Assembly: GCA_001643675.2 (NCBI GenBank)
Contig: LSRY02000019.1
Location: 1,240,001 to 1,304,000 of the forward strand
Origin: Monocercomonoides exilis PA203
Taxonomy: Eukaryota > Protista > Preaxostyla
Length of the DNA: 64,000 nucleotides
Reading direction: 5' to 3'
Every line of letters begins with the position of its first letter. The stretch's first letter is position 1. Positions 23,601 through 33,000 of this stretch are shown here, piece after piece. Under the pieces are notes generated by a model. That model was not told the origin of the DNA. It worked only from the letters and a program-made list of their open reading frames with translations, and made no database searches. The position numbers were made by a program, and so were the translations under genes.

Positions 23601-25933
23601 CGCTTAAAGATGCAATTGTTTATTGAAGTTGAAAATGTGCCTTCTGATCTTTCACACCATGATGCACTCAAACATCCACCATTTTGTGCACATTCGATAT
23701 CTGAAAAAGAAGTGTTCGAAATATTGATGGATTTGCAGTTGGAAGTTGCAAAAGCGCATCCTTGTGAAAACACAAACCGTGTCACATTTACGGACTCTAT
23801 TGTCACATATCCATTTTCAGCATTAATTAGAGGTTGAATTGACGGCTGATTCGATTGAGCACTTTTTGTGAAAGAGCATAATTCCAGCTGCAGAGAACCA
23901 GAGGATCCGATTGTTATTGCTGATCTGTTAAACACACAAGCAAAAGAAATCCTTTTTGCATTCAGCGAACCATTGCCGACGGAGATGAGATGATCTGTGA
24001 GCGAAGTCTCAAGGGATTTTATTGTTGATTTGCCGTTTTCTATTCCGCTAAGAACGATATTCCTCCAATCAATTTCAATTATGTCTTCAACAAATACTTC
24101 TTCGCCCATATACACATTTTGATTCAGTTGTTCTCTCCACCTCGTCACTCCATATTCCACCGTTTGGCATTCCGAACCAACTCCTCCACAAGTGTTCACA
24201 TCGTTTCCAGAATTGCTTATGTGTATTTCTGACTGGGGAGATGGAAGATATGAGTCATATGCAACACCGTCATCATCTCCACAACTCAAAGCATATTTAG
24301 CACATTGAACAACTTTTCTTGTAGCTATTGAGTAAGAAAGACAGTGCAAAATCTGAACTGTGTTATTGTCCAGGCTATATCCATTTCCGATAAAAATATC
24401 CGCACCATGTGATAGTTTCTGCACTGTATTGTTTTCAAACAGGCAAAACTGAATTTCAAGACTCTTATTATTGATATTATCTGAAGCGTCAAATCCTCCT
24501 GAGCCTAATGGAGCATCCCCTTTATACAAATGACAATTCGATATGACAAAATCACTTTTGTGATGTTGAAGAAATACAGTTCCAGCATACCTTAATGTTG
24601 CTCTGCTGCATTTGAATACAGAATTATAAATCGATCCGCTTCCTCCATGATACCATGCAACACTTCCTCCATAAGCTGCTGAGCAGTTTTCAAATGAACA
24701 GCCAACAATAATTGAAGATCTATTTGTTATATGAGTGAATGCGCCTCCAATTGGATGCGATCCCGTTCCTGTGCATTTGGAAAAAGAAGAATTTTCAATG
24801 AAACAATCACTTCCATTGCTAAAAACAGCACCCCCATATCCATATGTTGAGGGAAATGTATCAACGCATTCTGAAAATAGACATTTTTCAACAGTGAGCT
24901 TGGCATTTTCGCTTACCGCAATTGCACCTCCATGAAGAGCGCTGCATTCTGAAAAAGTGCATTGTTCAAATTTTACATCACCTTCTGTAAATGATTGTGT
25001 TGTATTTGAATAATTCTTGTGAGAATAGGTGTTTAGAGAACGAATAAAAGAAGTGTTTGTGGAGGAGAAATCACCATAACCTAGTGAACCTGAAATAATC
25101 ACTCCATAAAACGGACAAATGCAAACAGTGATGAAGCAGTTTTCTATTTTGCTTTCTTGATTAGAATGCAGTTGCGTTGAGCGCATGTTGTTGTTTTGAG
25201 TGGAAATATTGCAGAAACAACAATGTGAAGCAGATGAAAATGATAAATTGATATCTGCAATGAATGGATTTCCGAATGAGGTTGAAAACGATGAAAACGT
25301 GCTGAAAGAAATGAGAACTGATCCTGTTGAAGAAATTGAAGAGGATCTTGTTGAGACAAGAGAAGGCAAAGCACCACTTTGCAATGTGTTTATGACGGAA
25401 ATATTAATCAAATTGACAATTCCATTTGAACACTCAAAAGGAGAGACAGCAAGCATTGGAAACAATTCCAGATGGCAATTATGAATTAATAGCTCAGATA
25501 TATCACTTTTAAGCGATATGGAAGGGGTGCTTGTTTGAACAAGAATTATTTCTCTGACAAACAATGAAGAATTCAGCAAGATCATTTCTCCTCTCACACA
25601 ACTCAACTTCATGCTTTCATATGTGTTTGATTTCAAACAATCATCTTTTTTGAATTGACAAAAACAGCCAATTGTTGGAGTATTATCTGTTTCAGAAAAT
25701 TTTTGGATATCATTTGTCTCTGATGAAGATAATTGTATTTTGTTTGACGAAAAAATCTCTTCATTTTTGAAAGAAGATGAAATGGCAGTATCGTGTTGAT
25801 TTTTGAAGGCATTTCTTTTTGTGATAATTTGAGAAAAGATGTTTTTATTTGTTACCTTGCAATCATCTGCTGAAAAGAAACAGTCCAACAAAACAACAAA
25901 TATAAATAATGTTTGTTGAAGTGTTTTATTCAT
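17648..25933 (-). CDS. Giant Cys-rich surface receptor-like pseudokinase, 2761 aa, intronless
   Basis: Single ORF with an N-terminal signal-like segment (MNKTLQQTLFIFVVLLDCFFSA), GGAI/FxxC repeats, one TM helix (WPIIVIVMAIILLIVLAVSIVLAI-RWRK), a Ser-rich linker and a kinase C-lobe with no recognisable GxGxxG, HRD or DFG. Confidence 0.88.
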   Translation of the reverse strand: MNKTLQQTLFIFVVLLDCFFSADDCKVTNKNIFSQIITKRNAFKNQHDTAISSSFKNEEIFSSNKIQLSSSETNDIQKFSETDNTPTIGCFCQFKKDDCLKSNTYESMKLSCVRGEMILLNSSLFVREIILVQTSTPSISLKSDISELLIHNCHLELFPMLAVSPFECSNGIVNLINISVINTLQSGALPSLVSTRSSSISSTGSVLISFSTFSSFSTSFGNPFIADINLSFSSASHCCFCNISTQNNNMRSTQLHSNQESKIENCFITVCICPFYGVIISGSLGYGDFSSTNTSFIRSLNTYSHKNYSNTTQSFTEGDVKFEQCTFSECSALHGGAIAVSENAKLTVEKCLFSECVDTFPSTYGYGGAVFSNGSDCFIENSSFSKCTGTGSHPIGGAFTHITNRSSIIVGCSFENCSAAYGGSVAWYHGGSGSIYNSVFKCSRATLRYAGTVFLQHHKSDFVISNCHLYKGDAPLGSGGFDASDNINNKSLEIQFCLFENNTVQKLSHGADIFIGNGYSLDNNTVQILHCLSYSIATRKVVQCAKYALSCGDDDGVAYDSYLPSPQSEIHISNSGNDVNTCGGVGSECQTVEYGVTRWREQLNQNVYMGEEVFVEDIIEIDWRNIVLSGIENGKSTIKSLETSLTDHLISVGNGSLNAKRISFACVFNRSAITIGSSGSLQLELCSFTKSAQSNQPSIQPLINAENGYVTIESVNVTRFVFSQGCAFATSNCKSINISNTSFSDIECAQNGGCLSASWCERSEGTFSTSINNCIFKRCRVVADGNGGGALFLSLQNTCSATISSCSFEECEAPFGSHVGYGGGIFLDLGHSDASLTIETPSFSVEKPNKAKHGNDLFVQSPNLHESISNETLPFAYVLGHSSFDSLQGFTGTDHEHSIPLVLFLEDVGQTIHVRSNDGVDTVVCGFSDYPCHSLNYCVERLDEENAKAVAVLASATIENETTLHNLDLKSSNTSKAEITCIKSLQASTRKVIASTGDVSVELIHFLLPSSFDTEIEALIFLSSEGMLTMKSCSFGMQQGELGQMGYWLFQICGGILNIYSCTLSSDCLQHAPIAVCESDTSTQATIISLNVKNTDIGNHPLIHAIPSSAAKLLNGATTSSGIISLVLCSFEGMVHANANSAVLFSSHISSCVECSHWNVTNVKSTQSIEGGAMKVVVEAQGQFTMENATFTKCCAECETAGKGGGIYFDCSASNAFSFQQMAFDQCSAKHGENMFFLSSDLNVSITNQSLALEVSETTDDTNLFIGSDSTKANFDLCRFLIGFSSQEIYLSKNSGWDVLRCGSKSEPCATMQYGQKHFCASDNPAQANMSIFLVVDEVQVDCEVDISNNTLTSSDIDSHSALIFAAAISPQPGKQQHTDSVLANTGACSLLSIDICCDHGSGWSQTCLISTAAGAFSAQSCLFTSTSGTAIPYCVVACFSGTCELSLCSFQSIKCEGHIFIASCGSSSILSNVSTGNVELMGKSIVEVLPQVMPPAMTQEINEDICPTVQLKYCTLHSLLQSTPFEPSIISSSGSQPFSVSAQNTSIKNCGSSQSESGGCITMRLDEEALFRCTLSTISECFCSATGRGGAIFLDCSSIASDSSLPFLFKNITFLENKAFRGRDIYVRCSNVESQIRSELFQLDFRPPYNQELAIWGCTAQNYADEQDLLLLVIVYQSETIFASSSADNTSDSRQCGAINAPCSSLNVALSHIIPSVYSNLLVDEISLVSGEASIHDVSIKSLEQERDRGTILLNRSIESRMNSLLTCASRVKIEFLKFMFGGAFSSPYSSLLSLTDGSLSITDALFSQDVSNDYPEKRLNCSIILVENGRLLINECTFASLHFGSPCVAAKGGQYCSFMNLNISDVNSDILFDFRNLVNLSMLQVLISSCELEQSALILHNCKDSQLQKIQVRNVESKTSLIVFSSDGFGACLNIQCYHSEFDAISVLSGSLLSIECQDANVEMNNLSSTKTVLTNGCAVNLVYANSSLSIRQSSFQNISRDSMGPCCMAASLSSPSLELENCSFRKCVSPSDKGSISALSGQSNASITSCAFDGETDLQQLRSNADSFKDLCKWNGSMIDLLNCSGAIKDTTIANSSKGGLSISGGNISIQFGMFSGNNPNAAGYPSIRNNVICSHNALLNIISLKGGDGFLPNTSMWIAGDDCTLAGLASERLSPFFIPQLHSVNSHIQGDALSLDLIGSLLLPCHLLLQIDSIDGSLHQLKTYPLQAELFENETQIHAVIPASIVTSVPDTTEVAVSILFGSLNATASTAQFLLKNRSEIAQKEDERIVEKGKEGKTLWPIIVIVMAIILLIVLAVSIVLAIRWRKVKNEAEDLREIVNDNIRKDPKAFEMVTMEMSPEEQWRRAEREAEKKNEERIKKRVYAKSLGHSESSEHLLSESGSTEYILGRDSDKIPQWALEKVEEETRKRTPSPSISSTSTTDTSDTDSTFVRGEDLCPTTSSMSNLVDAMACSSPHEKLIVDLRDSLFMLLHGRNEKKEMAIDTLQEREMTAAQILFWAANLALHSFEDEENELSSLANLSPHIVLFSEHMVICIALHSDCSSSDSDSSSISSSTVVTSTSDCSTVNRNGKDSPPPSSAFEDEDDNRKECMRWKAPEMLINKKMGATKESVVFSIGIMLWECLTLEILFGEYEAEVAGQKIVNGERPNIDRICSSSFASVAKECWSRAPGDRPSLESLKRIFIQHFPAGAVMLTMSDAVDFEPDTDYGYRGSFLPQSATASSNATATTTHRNTQHNC

Positions 25934-26039
25934 TGTGCATAACGTGACTTATGGAGGCTATCCGAATTGTTTTGTACAAATGTGATGATAATGGGTGTTT
26001 AATCTAGAAATAATTTTGGTACAGTATTCTTTCATTAAT

Positions 26040-26196
26040 GACAAATTGAATGATTTGTTCCAAACTTTTTCTACAATCGTATGATCATAATTCTATCATT
26101 ATCGTGCAATATAAAATATAAAAAAAATAAAAAATCGAAAAAAATCTTTGACAGAACTGTGTGGAACAAGATTCATAAAACAAAAAATTTTGTCCC
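26040..26196 (-). repeat. Diverged dispersed non-coding repeat beginning GGGAC (related to 10139-10189 joined to 12230-12312, and to 63308-63380)
   Basis: Reverse complement reads GGGACAAAATTTTTTGTTTTATGAATCTTGTTCCAC...TTATATTGCACGATAATG...ATGATC...AGAAAAAGTTTGGAACAAAT, which aligns by eye with the sequence on both sides of the pogo insertion. Confidence 0.6.
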
Positions 26197-27007
26197 TTTT
26201 ACAAATTGGAAGTCATCAACACAAAACAAAATGTGATCAGATTTCTGTGAATATAGTCTTAAAGAATTTCTGAATCATTGGAAAAATATGAACCTAATTT
26301 TTATTGATTTTCATTGAGTGAAAGTATCTAATATTCTGAATATCATTCTTTCTCCTTTTTCACTTTTATTTGAAATGAAAAGCCTTTTTAAAAAGTCAAA
26401 CAAGAAGATCTTAAATTTTGCGAATAAATGAATAAATACAGAAGAGGAGCAGAAGAAATGTTTTGCAAGAAGAAAAAGACAAATTGAAAATCCAAGAAGT
26501 ATTTTTAAATTTTAAAAGTGAAAACTCAAGAAAGAAAGAAAGAAAGAAGAAATATTAATTGTTCAAGAACGGAAGAATTTGGATGAAGACAAATTTTTAA
26601 CTACAATTCAAGATAATGATCTGTGCTTGCTGTTTTTATGTGTTTCAAGTTAAAATGTTTACAAATTTTCTGAATTTTGCTGTTGTTTTTGATATTTCAC
26701 AAAAAATCGTTGAATTTGAATTTTTTCTTTTTTTCTTTAAAAACCATTAAAACATTCACATTTTGGAAAAAAACAATTTCAAATTTTATTTACATTTGGG
26801 AAACACTGAATAATTGCAAGAGGTTTCTTTCTTCATTTTTCTTTCGATTTTCTTTTCTTTTCTTTCTTTTTGATTGAGTGTTAGATGAAATTTCACAAGC
26901 TTTTGGTATTATTATTTGAATAACAATAAATCTTTCCAATACAAATTTGAAATGAAAATAATAATGGAACAAATTGAAAGTTCTGTAATTATTCTGTTTT
27001 GAAAAGG

Positions 27008-30000
27008 TTACCACACATCATGATCACTGTTCCACGATGAACCGGTTTGAGATTTCTGAGAATGATCGCTTCTATGGCTTGATGATGGGTATTGCTGATT
27101 TCTGTCAGAATAGCCATAAGGGTCTTGACTTTGATAGTATCCTGATTGAGTCGATGATGGAGGATACGAGGCAGCAGATGAAGGATAAGATTGAGAATAG
27201 CTGGATGGCTGTTGATAAGACGAAGAATAAGGATAGGGTGGATATGCAGATGAGTATGAAGCTGCAGCAGATTGAGGATAATTTGAATACCCACTCCGAG
27301 AATAACTCATCATCTGCCTCTCTCTTTCTCTCTGTTCTGCTCTTGCTGCTTCCCTGCGTCTTTCTTCTTCTCTCCTCTTTTTCTCTTCTTCATCTTTTGC
27401 CTTCTCTTCCTTCATCCGCTTTTCCTTGTACGAACTCTTGAAAAATGATATGGCTTCATCAACAGTATTAAATGTTTTCCCCATCATTTTGATTCCTCGA
27501 GGAGTTAATTTCATAACTTCTGTTTGAATGGTATCCATAGGAAGATAATAAAATGTGAATTGTCCAGCTTCCCCAGAAGATGATGCACTAATTGCATATG
27601 GTATTGTCATTGGTTTTTCCTCTTTCTTTTTGAAAAGTGTGTCTGTAACCTCAGCTGAAATAACCCTTCCGCTATTTCCAGACATGGATGAAGACACATA
27701 AGAGCTATGCTTATATATCATTTGCGATAGTGTTACAAGCGGCTTGATCACTTTTGCAGCAACTTGGTTCAGAGAATCCATCACAAGCGAGCCAACAGCC
27801 AGATGCTTCCCCACTGCAAATGGATTTGGCTTGTCCTTCTCCATAATTTCAAGATGTGTTGCGGTTCCTCCATCACTTAAAAGAAACGATGCAATTAGTC
27901 TGTCCTCAAATCGAAGTGAAGGACGGAATACAAAGCTTCCTGCTTTTCCACCACATTCTTTTGCCAAATATTCTTCGGCCTGCGTTTTATTAAACTGATG
28001 ATAAGATGGATGATCAACATGACGTTTCTGAAGTGCTTGTTGAATTTCATCTCTTTTCTTCTTTTGATTGATCGCTTGCAACTGAGTAACATCAGTCGAC
28101 GCAGACGAAAGAGGTGCACTGAATGGCTGTGAGGGTGATTTGCTTGTTGAAGGAAGAACTTTTGCATTCAACAGAGTTGATTCTTGTTGTTGTCTCTTTT
28201 CCTTCCATGTATCAAGTGATGCATTGTAATACAAATCTCTTTGAACAGTTCGTGACTTCATTTCTACCATCTCCCGCTTGCACAGAGAAATGCTGCTTCT
28301 TTCGAAATCCATAAATGAAATATACATCTTCTGGTGCCTGTTCGGAATAGGCAGCCCTTCTGCTGTCCATCCAGGTTCAATTGGATCCGCAGCCACAGGC
28401 CTGCCGCTGTTTCGCGACTGCATTATCATCTGCTGCTTTCTTTTTGCCTCTTCTTTTGCACGCAGTGGATCCATCTTCAAATACGCTGGAAGCCCATTGT
28501 CGAACCTGAAGTTGAATCCATTCCCGTTCCGAGTCTCACCCACACACCGCACAAAAACTGCCGAGCCTGGGCGCAAAGTCAGCCTATTCCCTTCAGACGC
28601 ATTCATCATGTAGAACAACGACATGCTGCTGATTGGTTGCTTCTTGTTTGGAGTTCCTGCCTCACGATAGACTGTCCCGAACTGGCTCTGCATTTCGTTT
28701 GCTCCAAATGAAGTTGCAGAAGCAGTCATTGAAGCTGTTTGCAGAGCAGACGAGTGGAAACGGGGATCTACCCAGAGCTGATCATACAGGTCGCTTGCTG
28801 GTAGTGAGTTCTTTTTCTGTTTGAGAGCTTGCTCTCTCTTCTGCTTCCTTCTCCTCTTCTCTGCTTCCCTCTGCTCTCTTTCCTCTCTTTTCCTTTCTCT
28901 TTCTTCTTCGTCAAGATTTGTATCGTCTTCCTCTGATTCCATTTCATCGTCCATTTCCTCTTCGTCCTCGTCCTCTCTTCCTCGTCCTCCTGCGCCATCT
29001 CCTCGCATCGAATTCATCGAGCTGTTTTTGTTCAGAAGTGCAGCCATCATTCGCACGCGACGCGGTCCCATTCCAGCTGCAAACTCAAGCGCCGGCGAAA
29101 GATGCGGCTTCAACAGGGTTGCCAGAGGTTGCAGAGAAATCAGCGAGGCGGCACGGCGAAGAGACTGTGAAGTGAAGTTGAGCAGGTTCGGCGTGTCTGC
29201 CAGCTGCTGAAGTGGATGAAGAGATAATCTGTTAAGTGCAGAGATTGTTGTGTGGATAGCATTTGCACTGCCTTCGTTGAAGAACTCGCTCTCAGATGAT
29301 CGCGTCTGCTGGAGTGCCTTAAATTCAGCATCGTTCAAACGAGCATCTGCCAATAAAGCAGCAATCTCGAAGAATGGTGAGATGTAATGTCTTCCCAACG
29401 AAACAGCAATCTGCAGGCAAAAAGACGCTGCAAGTGCTTTTGATTGAGATGATTCTTGAACTGCAGAAGGTACTGAAGTGCTTGGTGAGTCTTTCTTGCC
29501 AGTGATGTTATTGAATTCCTGTTTTGCTCTGTTTGACCCAACAAATGCTCGCCCAACATTTGCAGTAATCATCTTTACGAGGCATTCCTTTGTCAGTCGT
29601 GGAGGAATCGTGAACTGTTTTTTCAAGCCATCAGACGAGCCATCTGAACCCAAACCAGACGAGTAGCCAGAGCGATTGCTTCCATAGCGATCGTTAATCT
29701 GCGGCTTGGCATCAATTGGAGTGAGATATGGATAGTCGCTTTCTCGTGGCGCACTGCTTGCGCTTTGACGAGGCTCAGGGCACTCTGCTTTCATCTGCTG
29801 GATCATTCGGGTGATGTCGTCCATAATAAACCTCAGCTTGTTGTCGCTTCCAGACACAAGCAACACGTTTGGCGTGTGGCGAAGGAGGAATATGCGCAGT
29901 GTGTTGAGTGCAATAAGATATGGCTTGTTCTGAATAGTCTTTGCAATCGGAGTGAGTGCATGGGCGCTGTTTGCGGATGTTGTCGGATTCTGTACAGGAA

Positions 30001-33000
30001 TGCGCTCAGTGATGGCAGACATAAATGCATTTATCTCCTCAAGCGGCGGTCTTCGCCCATTTAGTCCGTTGAGCAGCATGTGCCCCATCGCCTCGCCATT
30101 CCGATTCAGAGACACAACAGCAGGTACAGAAGGTGTTGGGTCACATACCAATGAGCAGATGCGGTCGTGTGCATTGCTTTTTCCGTCAGCACTGAGAGAC
30201 TCCTGTATTTGTGAGTATGGTGCATCCACAAGCTTCATAAACAGAAGATCTCCACAGGCAGATGCAATTGAACGCTTGGAAAGAGAGACGCGCTTGTTGA
30301 AAATTTCAGTGAGAAGTGAGGGAAGAATATTGCTCAGGAATGATTTGCAGAGAACAGAGAAGAGAAGAGAAGACCATTCAGAAGAAGGAGATGAAGGAGA
30401 AGTTGATTGGGGCTTAGACGAAGAAGCAGATGGCAACGACGCAGAAAATGAATCTGAACTTCCCCAGTCTGAACTGCTTGATTTATTATCTGCTGCTGAA
30501 GATGAAACTACAGGCTGATCCCATGAGTCATCAAAAGAAGAAGAGGGAGAAGAAGATACTTCAGAAGGATCGCTTCCCCATCCATCATTTGATGCAGTTG
30601 TGGTTGTAGAAGAAGAAGAAGAAGAGCTAGTCTCGCTAATTTCTTTCTCCTTTTTAACATTTTCATTCTCTTCAGCTTTTGCATTCTCCTCTCTTTTTTG
30701 TGCAGACTCATCTTTTTCATCCATTCCACTCGATGCCCTCAGCTTTTTGATTACATTCAGCTTCCCTTCGTCAGTTAGTGCCATCACACATTTGATCAGT
30801 CCTTCTTGTCTTGCCTTCACAAACAGCGCAAATGTCTCGTCGCTGCAGTCGATGAGGCGAATCGGCTTGCGGTCAAGACACCACAGGCGCGCGTAGAGTG
30901 GGTGGAGGGGATCGTCATTCATCAGCATCGACCCTTTCTGTGTGGGGATGACGCTGACTGTCACATGAGGCACGATGGATTCTCTGATCACGTTGCGGAT
31001 AGACGCGATGCTCGAAAGCCTGCTGACAGCAAGCGACTGAATGGCATCGAGAACACTTTTCTTGTCTTCAAATATCTGCCGGCGCAGCTCATCCACAAGA
31101 GCCTCATCGGGACTGCCCACAGAAGGAAACTTACCGTCAGATGGAGTGTAACTGCCCAGCTTGTATTCAGACAGAAACAGATCTGCAACTTCATCTGGCG
31201 TAAGGACAGCGTCTGAGCTTTCTTTGCGTTCTGACTGTTTGTTGTCCATTTCAGAGCCAAGCGGACGAGGAGCATCAGCTTCATTAGTATTTTCATCATT
31301 GTCAGCTTTGAACTCGCTTTTTGTTGGGAGCGTTGGCTTAATCAGCCTCATGCCCATCTCCACATTCACACCAACATCATTCGCTTTCAGTCCGAGTGTG
31401 AATGGATATAGCCCAATGCCCATCTTAACCAGCATTGCAGGTGTTTGTCTGAGAACACTCTCGTTTGAGCCTGTTTTGCCTCCGCGTGGCATGCTGGCTG
31501 CTGCACTGCGAGAAGCAACCACACCACGCGAGGCAGACAGCTCCTCCTGCATCTCTCTGAACATCTCATTCACCCTTTCGATGTTCTCAGGCGAATAGCA
31601 CTGCTTCTCCTGCTCGTTTCCGGCGAAGAAACCAAACGCGCTGTCAGCTCCAGCGCCGGCCTCACTGGATGTTGTCTGAGTGATTGCCGTCTCAATCTCA
31701 ATTTGGCTGTCGTGCAATTCTGCGTTCTCCTCTGCTTGCACAGCAGCTCTCTGTGCTTTTCGTGCTTTCTCCTTCCACTCCATCACCTGATGAAGCCAGT
31801 CCATCGACTCCTTCTCAACCACAGCCAGCAGCTCCTCCCGAATGCACCGCAGCTGCATTTGCACATCGCTTATGCACTCTGCTGTGGACAAGGAGAGATT
31901 GTGCTGAAGATAAGATGACAGCTCATTCAACTCAGCGATGATGTCGTGGATGATGTGTGGCTTCTTCAGCGGAGTGAATGACTCAGACGAGGAAGCGGTG
32001 GAGGAACTTGTAGAATTATCAGAAGAAGAAGAGGAGGAAGATGACGACGATGAGGAAGAAGAGGTTGATGCTTCTGCATTGGGGTCATTCTTTGCCAAAG
32101 GAGACGGTGCACGCTCAACCTTTTCTGCATCTGCCTTTACACCAAGCTTTTCATCTGGCCTGTGTTCAGGATGATAATCTCCGTCTTCCTCGTCATCTTC
32201 CATTCCTTCTCCTCTGTTGTATAGCTCTTCCATCGTCATGTTCCCCTTCGCTCCTGTTTTCCTTCCTTCACTCGCTCCTTCTCCACCAAATTGCTGCTCT
32301 GAGTCTTCTTTCCTCTCAAACCGTCTGTTCTCTTTGAATGCCAACAGCCGCTCCGCAGTCTCTTTGATCATGTTCAGCGAGCGCACGGCCTTCTGCTTCT
32401 GTGCCATCCACAGCACAAACGAGATGTCTGCCCTTTCAATCGCCCACACGTCGACCTCTGCCAAAAAGGGGGCGAACATTGACTTGTGATGCCGGCAAAT
32501 CAGCGACACCTCCAAATGCTCGTTCAGCATGAGATGCAGAATGTGAGTGACAACATCCACAAATGTGGTGGTAGACGAAGAGGAGGAGGAAGTTGGTGCT
32601 GAAGAAGAAGAAGATGATGATGATGATGAGGAGGAGGAGGAGGAGGAAGATGAAGAGGACGAAGTGAAAGATGATGAATTGGATGAAGATGATGAAGAAT
32701 TCGAAGATTGTGAAATGGAGCTGAGTGAAATGCGTTGTCTGCTTGTGGATGCAGGTGCTGTAGAAGGCAAAAAGAACATAGAAGACGAGTGCGTTGCTGC
32801 TGCAGAGCTGGCTGGCGCCACAAGTGTGGAGCGAGTCAGGTCTGTCTCAGGAGGAGGAACGGTGCTGGTGCCAAAGAGATCCTGCCCCAGAGAAGGCTTC
32901 TCTTTCCCTCTGCCTGACGAGCGGCTGTCCATGTCTCTGTCATAAGAGCTGCTGCTGCTGGTGCTTCCGCCGCTGCACCCAACAGCCTCAGCTGTCTCGC

